This document shows, piece after piece, positions 40,665 to 54,499 of a stretch of 64,000 bases of DNA (position 1 is its first letter; each line of letters begins with the position of its first letter). The stretch covers positions 31,930,001-31,994,000 of the forward strand of contig NC_043017.1 of the NCBI RefSeq assembly GCF_006345805.1, given 5' to 3'. The translations under genes were made by a program, and so were the position numbers. The DNA is from Octopus sinensis (Eukaryota). Under the pieces are notes generated by a model that was not told the DNA's origin, ran no database searches, and worked only from the letters and a program-made list of their open reading frames with translations.

Positions 40665-40819
40665 GTTGAAAGGACTACAAGTCAAACGAAAATAAACTCG
40701 TTTTAACGAAAAGAGATATTAGCGCTCCGAAGTGTAAAAAAAAAATATTACTAACACTAACAAATCTAAGAAAGGCTGATCCCAGTGCGATCCCAGTGCG
40801 TAAGAAAGGCTGATCCCAT

Positions 40820-40977
40820 ATCGATCCCAGTGCGTAACTGGTACTTATTTAATCGACCCCGAAAGGATGAAAGGCAAAGTTGACCTTGGCAGAATTTGAA
40901 CTCAGAATGTAGTGGCAGACGAAATACTTTTAAGCATTTCGCCCGGTGCGCTAACGTTTCTACCACTTATCCGCCTT
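40820..40977 (-). mobile_element. Truncated family B SINE just upstream of the Ly6 gene
   Basis: atcgatcccagtgcgtaactggtac...gaaaggatgaaaggcaaag. Confidence 0.75.
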
Positions 40978-41669
40978 ATGCCTCTTTCAGTTTCTGTCAA
41001 CCAAATCCATTTACGCATCTTTGGTCAGCTCAGAGCTATAGGAAAAGACACTATCCCCAAGGTGTTGCAGAGCGGAACCGAACCCAAGACTCCATGGCTG
41101 AAAAACAAACAAGCTTCTTAACCGTACATCCCATGCCTGCACCTCTTTGAGACACATCCCGTTTAAAGAATTCTTTATTTGTATTGTTTTGCACTCTGTT
41201 GTTATATTCTTGTTTCATTGCCCATGAGGCAAATACAGACATCATCATCATCATCATCCTTGCCAGTAGCAGCAGCAGCAGCAGCAGTAGCAGCAGAACA
41301 AACATCATCATTATTGCAGTATTCATCATTGCCATCGGTTCTCTTCCAAATTCAACATTATCGTTTCTTCTTACAACTAAAATCTGGCATCAATCAATTT
41401 AAAGTTTGACCAGGCCATTATTCCTACACACACACACACCACGTCCCCCCCGCCGTGCCTGGCACTAATACTGACCAAAGTCTCCAACTCTGACCAACAC
41501 TGACCAGTACTGCAATGCCAATTTATGCTCTCTGAGCTAAACTGAACTGTGCTGTATTCAATTACTACCCACACCATCAATCTTATTCAAAATTCTTAAC
41601 TTCAGGCCTGAATAATTAGCACTTTAAAACTATCTCTGGATAATGTTTTTACTGCTCCTCATTGGCGAT

Positions 41670-43295
41670 CGTGTTGTTGTTGTTGTTGTTGTTGCTGGTG
41701 GTGGAGATGGTCGTGGTGGTGGCAGTGGTGGTGGTGGTGGTGGTGGTGGTTGTGGTGACTGTCATTGTCGTTAGTAATGGTTCTGCCATTGTTACTGTCA
41801 ATGGTTTTACTGCTGTTCTTGTTTCTGTTGTTGTTGCTGTTGTTGTTGTTGGTTGTGGTGGTGGTGGTGGTGGCGGTGGTGGTGTTGGCAATGGTGGTGT
41901 TGGAGGTGTTGGCGTCCATGATGGTATTACCATCATTGTTGTTAGCAACATTGTTGCTATTGTCATAGACTGTTGTCATTTTTGTTCTAGGTGGTGGTGT
42001 GGTGGTGGTGGTAGTAGTTGTAGTGGTGTTAGTTGTAGTGGTATTGTTGGTAGTGGTAGTGATGGTGGTGGTAGTGGTGGTAATGGTAGTGATGATGGTG
42101 GTGGTGGTAGTGGTGTAGTGGTAGGGATGGTGGTGGTGGTGGTAGTGGTGGTAGTGGTAGGGATGGTGGTGGTGGTGGGTGGTGGTGGTGGTTGTGGTGA
42201 CTGTCATTGTCGTTAGTAATGGTTCTGCCATTGTTACTGTCAATGGTTTTACTGCTGTTCTTGTTTCTGTTGTTGTTGCTGTTGTTGTTGTTGGTTGTGG
42301 TGGTGGTGGTGGTGGCGGTGGTGGTGTTGGCAATGGTGGTGTTGGAGGTGTTGGCGTCCATGATGGTATTACCATCATTGTTGTTAGCAACATTGTTGCT
42401 ATTGTCATAGACTGTTGTCATTTTTGTTCTAGGTGGTGGTAGTGGTGGTGGTGGTAGTAGTTGTAGTGGTGTTAGTTGTAGTGGTATTGTTGGTAGTGGT
42501 AGTGATGGTGGTGGTAGTGGTGGTAATGGTAGTGATGATGGTGGTGGTGGTAGTGGTGGTAGTGGTAGGGATGGTGGTGGTGGTGGTAGTGGTGGTAGTG
42601 GTAGGGATGGTGGTGGTGGTGGTGGTGGTGGTGGCAGCGGCGGTACTAGTGGTGGTGGTGGTGGTATTGTTCTTTTTGATCGTAATATTGTTGTTTTTGT
42701 TGCCAGTAGTGGTGTTTGGTTAAGGTATTGGTAACAGTACTGCCGATGGTGGTGGTGGTGGTAGTGTTCTTGCCAGTTGTGCCAATGTTTGTGGTGTAGT
42801 AGCTTTAGTAGAGATGCTAGTAGTGGCAGTGCAGTGGGGAGGATGGGTACTCGTAACAATGGTACTGGTTGTGTAGTAGTGGTGATAGTAGTACTGGGTG
42901 GGGGTATGGTGGCATGGTGGTGGTGGTAGTGGGGTAATGATGGGTGATAATAGTAGTATTAGTAGTGATAATAGTGTTGGTGTTTGTGATGATGTTGATG
43001 GTGGTAGTAACAGCATAACAGTGATGGTGATGATGGTGATGATGGTATGTGTTAGTGGTTGTCATCATGGGAGTGATGGTATTGGTGGTGGTAGTGTTGC
43101 TGGCGGCAGTAGTGGCTGCAGCAGCAGTGGTGGTGGTGGTTTTGGTTTTGGTGGTGGTGGTAGTTTTGGTGGTGGTTTTGGTTTTGGTGGTGGTGGTGGT
43201 TTTGGTGGTTTTGTTTTTGGTGGTGGTGGTTTTGGTGGTGGTGGTTGTTATGGTCGTGGTGGTGGTGGTGGTAGCAGTGGTGGCGGGTGGCGGTG
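41670..43295. repeat. (GGT/GTT/AGT)n low-complexity block containing a ~442-bp tandem duplication
   Basis: ggttgtggtgactgtcattgtcgttagtaatgg at 41748 and 42190. Confidence 0.9.
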
Positions 43296-43528
43296 ATAGA
43301 AATGTCAGAGCTGATAGAAAACATATTTGTTCTCAAACAGACAGCCTTCCTCTATCCATAATTGTTGTTGGCCAACAGTCAGAAGTAAGTTTACTCTGTG
43401 TCCACACACAATGTATCTTTGGAACTTCACAGCACATGATAGTTTGCTTCTGACACCAATAAGAATGATGATATACATACATATACACAAACATGTATTT
43501 CTTAACATTTACATAAATGTACACACAT

Positions 43529-43566
<38 letters not shown>

Positions 43567-43703
43567 GGCTGTATATTTTTATATAAGTATATGTGTGTGT
43601 GTATATGTGTATGTATGTATATGTGTGCACATATATATAGATATAGATAACGATAAATTTGTATGTATATATATATATATATATATATATTTTATAGAAG
43701 GAG

Positions 43704-43750
43704 CTTCTACAGGACTAGAACTGTTTCATTCAAATGAAATCATCAGTACC
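43704..43750 (-). ncRNA. Hammerhead-like core lacking a matching stem I
   Basis: Minus: CTGATGA-t-ttc-attt-gaa-t-GAAA-cag-ttctagtc-ctg-TA-gaag. Confidence 0.45.
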
Positions 43751-43787
43751 TTATTTACTGTGGTTAACCCCGACTCAACCCGGGACC

Positions 43788-43974
<187 letters not shown>

Positions 43975-44001
43975 TAGATAGATATAGATATATTGTGTAT
44001 A

Positions 44002-44052
<51 letters not shown>

Positions 44053-45005
44053 TCTTTTACTCTCTTACTGGTTTCAGTTATTTGACTGTGGCCATGCTGG
44101 AGCACTGCATTTAGTCAATCAAATCGACCCCAGGAGTTATTCTTTGCAAGACTAGTACTTATTCTATCAGCCACGTTTGGATGGTGCATTTTACGTGCCA
44201 CTGGCACAGGTATCACAACTACAATTTCCATTTGATTTTTTTATGTTGATGGTGATGTACTTGACGCAATAGGTCACCTCAAGCACAGCAGGTCGCCCTA
44301 CGATCCAAGATTAGCACAGCAGGCCGTCCTGCGATCCAAGGCACTTTGGATGATGTGATTGTTTATTTTTAAAGTGACATGGTAAGGTAGGCATGAGAGG
44401 CCAAATCTGACCAGATTGAAGATAAAACAGGTAGAATATTATAGCTGGACATCGCTGGTTTAAATGCCAAAGGGTTACAGGAATTTTTCCAAATATACCA
44501 GACTTTTGAAAGGTCTCACAACTCAATAAACTTTGAACCCAGTTCGCAGTTTCCAGCACCACCAGATCCCAGACTGTGCATTACTTAAGTCACTTAAATT
44601 ATTAGAAATAATAGTTACATATTCAACACAGCTCATACTATCATTCTCGAAATAAGGAAGGCACATTAGAAAATGTCGTCTCAGATAGTCTTAGATGCCA
44701 AGCTGAAATAACATTTATTATTGGTTTGCTTTAACCTTTAACCTTTTACCTGTCCAAAACCTTTTCGTAAGTTTGCATTGTATCTTTTATATTTTATCTG
44801 CTTCAGTCATCAGACTGTGGCCATTCTGGGGCATCACCTTAAAGACATTTTAGTCAAATGAATCGATCCCAGTGTTATTTATATTTTAAGCCTGGTACTT
44901 ATCCTATCGATCTGTTTTGCTGAACTGCTAAGTTACAGGAACATAAACACATCAACTGCAGTTGTCAAGAATGATACGAGATAACACAAACACACACACA
45001 CACAA

Positions 45006-45052
<47 letters not shown>

Positions 45053-45678
45053 ACAAGTTTCTTTCAGTTTCTGTCTACCACATCCACTCACAAGACTTTG
45101 GTAAATCCAAGGCTATAGTGCCAAGCAGTGGGACTGAACCCAGAGCCATGTGATTTGGAAGCTAGCTTCTTATGACACAGCCACACCTGTGCCTATGAAT
45201 GTCCATGTATTTTTCAGGCTTTTACTTAACCCTTATTTCATTTTGAGACCCCATTCGGTCATGACTGACTGTGGGATTGCACCTAGAAAAGTCCCAGGCA
45301 CAAGTCTGGGCAAGGTTGTTTATGGAAGGCCAGCAGTCATCCATGCATACCAGCCTCCCCTCTCCACACCACAAGTGTTATCCAAGGGAAAGGCAAAGGG
45401 GCCGATACAGCTTGGCACCTGTGACATCACAACTCATTTCTACAGCTGAGTGAACTGGAACAACGTGAAATAAAGTGTCTTGCTCAAGAACACAACACGC
45501 AGCCCAGTCCGGGATTCGAACTCACAACCTCATGATTGTAAACTCAATGCTCTAACCACTGAGCCATGTGCCTTCACCCCTTGTTTCATACATTCTGAGT
45601 AATATAAAACTTTCCTTTCAAAAGTCCCAAGTTACCCTCATCATTGAAATAAACTGGACATGTATATCATATACAATG

Positions 45679-46080
45679 AGGAGAAAGGCTGAAGACACTC
45701 GACCTTTATTCTCTAGAAAATCGCCGCCGCCCTGCTGATCTCATTCTCGCTCACATCATAAGTGTAATCTCTCGAAAGAGCTGTTCTTCACTCCTGCTCC
45801 AGAGCATCAGCTGTGGGGTCACTCCAAAAAGATCTATCTGCGACGATTTCATCTCAATCGAAGGAGAGAGGCTTTCTCCGTCCAGGTTGCGGACCCGTGG
45901 AATAAGCTGCCGGACGAGATAGTGAAGATGCCGATGACTGCTCGGTTCAAAGACTCTCTTGACCAGAAATGGCCTGAACTCTTTGCATGAACACCCTCCC
46001 TGTACATAACTCCATGTCCCCCTACATGGCCTTGCTTTTGCTTTTTGAGCCAAAAAATTAACTTAACTTAACTTAACTTA
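45679..46080 (+). mobile_element. 5'-truncated CR1-like LINE with (TTAAC)n tail and acaatg TSD
   Basis: LDLYSLENRRRPADLI / GHSKKIYL..RRREAFSVQVADPWNKLPDEIV..FKDSLDQKW*; acaatg at 45673 and 46081. Confidence 0.85.
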
Positions 46081-46772
46081 ACAATGCAAGGACACCAGTA
46101 GAGAAATATGCCCTGCTTCACATGTGATACACAGGAAAGGTAAGGGTTAATCAGAGCTGATTTGGAACTAGATACCTCAGTTCTTTTAAGGTCAGAAATT
46201 TTAGATAGTGTTCGGTAAGTCAATTACATCAGCCTCAACGTTCAACAGGTATATTTTTCATTGACCCTGAAAGGCAAAAATTGAACTCATCAGAGTTCGA
46301 ACCCATAATATTACAGTGAAACACACATAGTTGAACTTGAAAACAAAGGAGTCACAGTTAAATATTATTTGATATTTGAATCTGACACTCAAGTCATTCT
46401 GTCATCTATAATGGAATCAACAACAACAAAAACTGTAACAATAATTAAAAAAAAAAAAAAGAAAATATTTTACATTCGTAAACATTAAGAGCAGCAGAAA
46501 AGTTTTTGTTATGAATTTTGGTGGTGAATAGCCACGTGAATATAAAATCTAAGTCATAAAAATCTTTCAATATCAGAACCTTTTAAGTTTTTTCCCCCAT
46601 GGAATCTGCATATTTGACTAAAGAAATCAATAGATTTTTTGGGAAATCAATAATATTTACTGAAATACAGTATTACATAAAAGCCCTCGATTTTACAACA
46701 GCAAAAATATGCTTATAGTAGAATAAACAGTTGAACAAAAGTTTTACAAATATATATATATAAATATATATG

Positions 46773-46819
<47 letters not shown>

Positions 46820-48043
46820 GTATATAAATATGCATAAATATATATGTATATATATGTGCATATATATATGTAAATATATATATATTCATCTATATATATA
46901 TACACACATACACACATGCATACACATACATATATACTCACACACACGCAAATACAATACACACACAGACATGAAGATACATACTCTCTCTCTCTCTCAC
47001 ATGCACACATACATACACATATATATATAATCAATTGTAAGAAAAGTTACAAATCAGAGAATAATCTATCTGAACCAGATGAACTCAGCTTCCAAGATTT
47101 ATAAATTCATCAAAAACAATGTCACAGCAAAATGGTTGTCAAAATACATTAATTCTAACAATAAAGTAATTTTGAAACTTTTATAGTTAAAACAGGAAAT
47201 ATTAATGACCAATAAACTACAACTAAGTTATTTGAAATATTGATATGAATATTATTATCATTGTTGTTGTTTTATTTTATTATATTTATTTATTATTTTG
47301 TTTTTTCCTTTTTGTGTTCTGCACTTGGTAAGCTGTGGTATTGCAGCATGTTACTAAATAAAATTCTCCTGCATTGAATTATATGATTATCTCCTTCTCT
47401 CTCCCTCTTTGTCCCTCCTTCTCCCCCCCCTCTCTCTCTCTCGACTGCTATTTTCACAAAGACCAGACCAGCTTATCCTGTCTCTTCATAAGCTGTCTCC
47501 TTAAGCATTCAGAATAATTTTTCCATTGTCTTGGCTTAACAACCCTCATTGTTTGTTTTTACTGTTTTGTTCTCATTGTCCTGTCTTTTACTGTTTTTAC
47601 TTTTTTATTGTTTTTACCGTCTTGTTTTGTTCTCACTGTCCTGTTCTTGTTACCACTTTCAACCCTCCATAAAAAATCCCAAATTTTATTTAATTTGCTT
47701 TGCGGGAAGGGCTGTTTCAACGAAGTCGCGTCTTGTCCTTACCTTCGAAATGTGGAGTAGATAAAACAGGGACAACTGAAGAGGGGAAATATTTCTTGTG
47801 TGGTATGTCTTGTTTCTCTGTTTTTTCTGTTGTTTGAAAAAAAAGTTCGTTTCTATGTTTTTGTTTTTATGTTTTCATTTATCATTGTGTTCAACGTTTT
47901 TTTGATGTCCTGTACCCATATATGCATGTATATATACATATATATGTAGGTATGTACATACATGTATGTATATATGCATATATTTATATATTATTTATAT
48001 TATTACATGATCGAACACCACGCATCCTTTTCCAAGTAAGTTT

Positions 48044-48074
<31 letters not shown>

Positions 48075-48354
48075 ACAAAACAGGAAAGTGGAAATTTTTT
48101 TGGTATAATTTACTCTCCATTACTCATGTTTCATTTGCTAAAAGGAATTCCAAAGATTTACATGTTAGATAGAAGCATAAAGAATTTCATATTAGAAATT
48201 CGTCAGATGAAGTGGAGAATAAATAATACCAAAAATGTTTCACTTTGCTGTTTCATTATATAATAACTCTGCAAATAATATTTCCATAATTCTCATTTTT
48301 AATTTGCATTTTGACTAACATACACCAGCAACTGTGGGTATGTATTCATTATAA

Positions 48355-48860
48355 TAATCTTCTTTGTTATAAGACGTGTATTATTGCAAAGCTTTGGTGG
48401 ATCGAGGTTTCGAAGGAGCACAACTGGTGCCCCAAACTTGAGGTGGAGGTTGTGAGGTGAGAGGCCAAGTGGTGTTAGACTATTCAAGAATTCAACTGGA
48501 TAATTCACAGCTCCATTGATGTTGAGCACAGGATCAATGGAATTATAGATGTGACGCTCACCTCACAACTGTTCCAGAAGTTTAAAGTTCAAATCATCAA
48601 CTGCCACATTATTTGGAACTAAAATGGCACAGGTTTTCAGCCAGTTGTGGTCTGTAAACTGATTCTACAGGTAAGGAAACACCTTATTCATTAGTTCCTT
48701 TAAATCAGATACCATATGTTCAAAAGGCAAGCTTACCCAGCCATCCTTCTCACCAACCGAAGTACCATTACCGACGCCCAACAGCTGCTTTCAAAAGGTT
48801 CTGTCTGCATTACACCACTGAGCTGCAGTCCCATCTTAGTTGTGGGTCTCAGCTTTTGCA
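48355..48860 (-). pseudogene. Helitron Rep/Hel PIF1-helicase fragment
   Basis: VFPYL..DHNWLKTCAILVPNN..YNSIDPV..YPVEFLNSLTPLGLSPHNLHLKFGAPVVLLRNLDPPKLCNNTRL, with in-frame stops. Confidence 0.9.
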
Positions 48861-49774
48861 CACTGTGAGGCTCAAAGTTCAAAGATCATGCTTTGTCACT
48901 TCATCCCATATATTCTCTTTTACTTGTTTCAGTCATTTGACTGCGGCCATGCTGGAGCACCGCCTTTAATCGAGCAGCTCAACCCTGGGACTTATTCTTT
49001 TGTGAGCCCAGTACTTATTCTATTGGTCTCTTTTGCCGAACCGCTAAGTAACGGGGACATAAACACACCAGCATCGGTTGTCAAGCAATGCTAGAGGGAC
49101 AAACACAGACACACAAACACATACACATACATACATATATATATATGTATATACGACAGGCTTCTTTCAGTTTCCGTCTACCAAATCCACTCACAAGGCT
49201 TTGGTCGACCCGAGGCTATAGTAAAAGACCCTTGCCCAAGGTGCCATGCAGTGGGACTGAACCCAGAACCATGTGGTCAGTAAAGAAGCTACTTACCACA
49301 CAGCCACTCCTGCATCTATATATATATAAATATTAGAAAAAAAACACCTTTTATCAATTCAAAATGAATAATTAAATTACACCATCTAGAAAATTACATA
49401 TAATAGAAAAGTTAAAATTAAAATAACAATTAAAAAGTAAAGATTAAGTAAATTACAAAAATAATATAATGTATATAATAGGTATAAAAACAATAAAAAC
49501 TATATATATATTTATATATATATATATACATATATATACATATATATATACACACACAGGTGTGGCTGTGTGGTAAGAAGCTTGCTTCTCAACTGCATGA
49601 TACCAGGTTCAGTCCCACAGCATGGTACCTTCGGCAAGTGTCTTCTACTATAAAGCTTTGTGAGTGGATCTGATAGGCAGAAACTGAAAGAATCCCATTG
49701 TATATATATATATACATCATCATCATCATCATCGTCGTTTAGCGTCCGTTTTCCATGCTAGCATGGGTTATATT

Positions 49775-49805
<31 letters not shown>

Positions 49806-50833
49806 TATATATATGTATATATGCATGTATTTATGTGTGTGTCTATGTTTGTATCCCCACCATTACTAGACAACTGAAGCCAGTGTGTTTATGTCCCTGT
49901 AAATTAGCGGTTCGCCAAAATGAGACTGATAGAATAAGTACTAGACTTACAAAGAATAAGCCCTGGAGTTGATTTCTTTGATTAAAACCCTTTAGAGCAG
50001 TGCTCCAGTATGGCTGCAGTCAAATGACTAAAGTAAGTAAAAGAATATACACACACACATTGGCGTTAGGAAGGGTATCCAGTTGTTGGAACTCTGCCAG
50101 ATCAGATCGGAGCCTGACGCAGCCATCTGGTTCACCAGTCCTCAGTCAAATCGTACAACCCATGCTACTATGGAAAGCAGACCTTAAACGATGATGATGA
50201 TGGTGATGATGATGATGATGATATACACCTACGTACGTACATACATACATACATACATACGAACATACATACATACATGCATACATACATACAGACATAC
50301 ATACATACATACATACACACACACATACACACATACATACATACATACATACACACACACATACACACATACATACATACATGCATACATACATACATAC
50401 ATACATACATACATACACACACACATACATACATACATACATACATACATACAAAATCCTTCTGTACTTAATTCTTTATTCAATATATGAAGCATAAATT
50501 TCCAGTTTGAACTTTTCATATTTTTTTTTAAGTATGATTTTATTAAATTTCTGGTGGTGCCCCTAGCTACATCTCTTACCCCCACCTCACCCCAACCCCA
50601 CCCCAACCCTACCCCACCCCCCAAAAGCCCACTATTCTGCCAAATACACCATCTGAAAAATCAGTATTCTAGTCAACTAGTTTGTCACTTTAATTATCAG
50701 CCAACACCAGCTGCCAGTCGCAAACTGACAGTCAATCAATTCGGTCAGTCATTTATTATCAACCAGTCATCAAGCAATAAGTAAAACCAATAAAAGCTAT
50801 TGACTATATAGTCACTCCAATTTATCAAGTTCT

Positions 50834-51943
50834 TCAACTGTCAGAACTTTATTTACTCAGCTCAACAATATTATTACAGTGAGGAACCAATAGGGTAGGG
50901 AGTTGGCAGAATTCTTAGTATTTTGGACGAAATGCTTGCTGGTATTTCATCTTTTGGAGGCACAATGGCCCAGTGGTTAGGGCAGCGGACTCGCAGTCAT
51001 AGGATCGCGGTTTCGATTCCCAGACCGGGCGTTGTGAGTGTTTATTGAGCGAAAACACCTAAAAGCTCCACGAGGCTCCAGCAGGGATGGTGATGATCCC
51101 TGCTGTACTCTTTCACCACAACTTTCTCTCACTCTTACTTCCTGTTTCTGTTGTACCTGTATTTCAAGGGGCCGGCCTTGTCACTCTCTGTGTCATGCTG
51201 AATATCCCCGAGAACTGCGTTAAGGGTGCACGTGTCTGTGGAGTGCTCAGCCACTTACACGTTAATTTCATGAGCAGGCTGTTCCGTTGATTCGTATCAA
51301 CCGGAACCCTCATAATTGTAAGCGACGGAGTGCTTCCTCACTTCTGGTATTTCATCTGATTCTTCACATCCTGAGATCAAATGCCACTCAGGTCAACTTT
51401 CATTCTTTCACGATGGACCAAAATAAATATCAGATGACCAATCGAGTTGAAGTACTCAACTTAAACCCTCACTTAAAATTGATGGCTTTGTGCTAAAATC
51501 TGAAGCAATTATTTTGTTAATTATTAAGGTGGTGGATTTGAAGAATCATTAACACATCAGACACAGTAATTAGTGGTATTACTTCTGAATCTTTGCATCC
51601 AGAGATCAAATAGTGCTGAGGCTGGCATCACCTTTCATCCTTCCAGGGTCACTAGAATAAGCACTGACTGGTCACTAGACATGATATAATCAACCGTCAG
51701 AACTTTATTTACTCAGCTCAACAATATTATTACAGTGAGGAACCAATAGGGTAGGGAGTTGGCAGAATTCTTAGTATTCTGGACGAAATGCTTGCTGGTA
51801 TTTCATCTGATTCTTCACATCCTGAGATCAAATGCCACCAAGGTCAACTTCCATTCTTTTGCGATTGATCAAACTAAGTATCAGATGACCAATTGGGTTG
51901 AAGTACTCAACTTAACACCTCACTTAAAATTGCCAGCTTTGTG
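50834..51943 (+). repeat. Local direct duplication (50834-51493 / 51690-51943); first copy carries a SINE insertion
   Basis: gtcagaactttatttactcagctcaacaatattattacagtgagg at 50840 and 51696. Confidence 0.85.
50953..51343 (+). mobile_element. tRNA(Arg-like)-head SINE family F with 14-bp TSD ctggtatttcatct
   Basis: A-box tggcccagtgg, B-box gtttcgattcc; TSD at 50939-50952 and 51344-51357. Confidence 0.88.
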
Positions 51944-53044
51944 CATTCAACTGGTACTTATCTTATCAACCCCAAAAAGATGAAAGGCCAAGTTGACCTC
52001 AGCAGAATTTGAACTCCAAATGCAAAGACAGATGAAATGCTACTAAGCATTTTGTCTGGCATTCTAATAAAGAATTCTGCCAGTTTACCTCATTACTCAG
52101 GGCTAAAATAATAATTCATAATAATACTAATTGTATAGGAGCAGGCATGGCTGTGTGTTAAGAAGCTTGCTTCCCAACAACATGGTTCCAGGTTCAGTCC
52201 CACTGCATTGCACCTTGGACAAGTCTCTTCTACTATAGCCTCGAGCTGACCAAAGTCTTGGGAGTACATTTGGTAGATGGAAACTGAAAGAAGCCCATTG
52301 TATATATGTATATATATTTATTTGTATGTGTGTGTGTGTTTGTCTCTGCTTGTCCCTGCTGCCATCAATTGACAACCGATGCTGGTTTGTTTACGTCCCT
52401 GCAACAAATCCAGTTCCAAACCATTGACAAGTAGACCTTTTAATTCCGTGGCTAAGTCTGAATCTTCTGTGCTATTATCTCTTCTTCATCTTTGGTTAAT
52501 CTTTTCTCTCAACTATCTTCAATGTGGACCTCTTACACAAAAGGAAAACTTACAATAATTTATCTCAGCAAATAAGTCAAATGTTGGCTGGCTTCCGTGC
52601 CGGTAGCACGTTAAAAGCTCCAACTGATCGTGGCCGCTGCCAGCCTCGCCTGGCCCCTGTGCCAGTGACACGTAAAAAGCACCCACTACACTCATGGAGT
52701 GGTTGGCATTAGGAAGGGCATCCAGCTGTAGAAACTCTGCCAGATCAGACTGGAGCCTGGTGCAGCCCCTGGCTTCCCATACCCCGGTCGAACCATCCAA
52801 CAACCCATGCTAGCGTGGAAAACGGACGTTAAACGATGATGATGATGATGATGATGTACTTAATCTGGTGAACCAGGAAAAATTCCCTTTAAAATGAATT
52901 AGAAGAAGTTGTGAAGAGAAAAAATCATTACCTTTCATGAGTTATTGTAATCAAGCAGGACGAAGAAGACAACGCAAACGATCGTTATTAGAGGTTTAAT
53001 GATGGCCTGTAATTAGATTAGCGCTCCTCAGTAAAGCCGTCACT

Positions 53045-53501
53045 TACTACTACTACTACTGCTGCTCCTGGTACTACTACTACTACTACTACTACTAGTG
53101 CAATCACCACCACCACCACCTCTGCCACTACTACTACTACCACCACCACCACTACCATTACTACTGCTACTGCTACTACTACAACTACTACTAGTGCAAT
53201 CACCACCACCACCTCTGCCACTACTACTACTACCACCACTACCATCACCACCACTACTACTGCTACTGCTACCACTACTATTAGAGGTGACATACTTCGG
53301 TAACCAAAAGCCACCAGCATCACAACCAAGATCATCGTCATCCCACCACCACCACCATCACCACTACTATAACTACTACTATTACTACAACAACTACTAC
53401 TACTACTAGCATTAGAGGTGACATACTGTAGCAACCCAAAGCCACCAGCACTGCCACCAAGCTCACCTTCACCTCAACCACCACCACCACCACTACCACT
53501 A

Positions 53502-53570
<69 letters not shown>

Positions 53571-53785
53571 ATGCTACTGCTGCTGCTCCTACTACAACTA
53601 CTACTACTGCTACTGCTGCTGCTGCTCCTACTACAACTACTACTAGTGCAATCACCACCACCACCACCACCTGTGCCACTACTACTACTACTACCACCAC
53701 CACCACTACCATCACCACCATCACTACTACTGCTACTGCTACTACTACTACTACTACAACTACTACTACTACTACTACTGCTACA
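53045..53785. repeat. (CTA/CCA/CTG)n compound microsatellite with cryptic repeats
   Basis: Direct reading; ctagtgcaatcaccacc recurs three times. Confidence 0.9.
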
Positions 53786-54499
53786 AGACAAACCCAAGAA
53801 GACTCAGAGATAATAATTGCTATCACTATTGAAATGTTATCATTTTGATAATCTTGTGTGGTAACTAAAACTGTCAGCAGATTGAGGGCCCAAGGAGTCC
53901 ATTATTTAAAACCCACCCATGGCACCACAATTGGAAAACTTGCAGTTCGAATACATCAGATTGAAATATGGTCGGGCATTCAAAGAATGCGAAGTGTTGA
54001 ATGTTTTTTTCCCTCAGACTCCCACCCACTCGTTCACTCACAAAGACATAAAATTATCTCGTTTTCCTTTCTGTTTCCAAAGCTATAATAATTAACAGAA
54101 GGGAATCAATCAAATGCAGTGATTTCATAGAAATATGCTAATCATAGTAAATTGCTTGTTTTTCTTCTTTTTTTTCTTCCTCCTAATTAGAGATGTTTAT
54201 CATTGAAGTATTAAAGCAATTGGCAATAGAGGAAGAGATATCCATTGTTATTACACTTGATTAGATTAGCGAGGGCTAATGAGGGAAACTCTATGCAGTT
54301 TGATATGGAAGCGTTATCCGAATCAATATGGGAGATTCTACTTGAGCAAATGAAAGAGGGAAGCTGTGGCTTAATGGTTAGAGCATTTGGCGCAGAGTTG
54401 TAAGGTTGCGAGTTCAATTTCCGGAGGTGCATTGTGTTCTTGAGCAAGACACTTCACATTGCTCCATCTCTACTCAGCTGGCAAAAAGGAGTTATACCG

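Noticed and set aside
48176-48212. Minus-strand CTGACGA...GAAA
   Set aside because: No convincing stem II or stem III
50578-50622. G-quadruplex-capable tract (minus); another at 6678-6696
   Set aside because: Simple C/G runs common in this genome; no functional context
50957-51030. tRNA gene (also 57278-57350 and the family A/E heads)
   Set aside because: A/B boxes are present but continue into SINE bodies with TSDs; acceptor stems do not pair
52932-53006. Minus-strand 75-nt exon candidate
   Set aside because: Stops in all frames; a UTR exon cannot be supported from sequence alone
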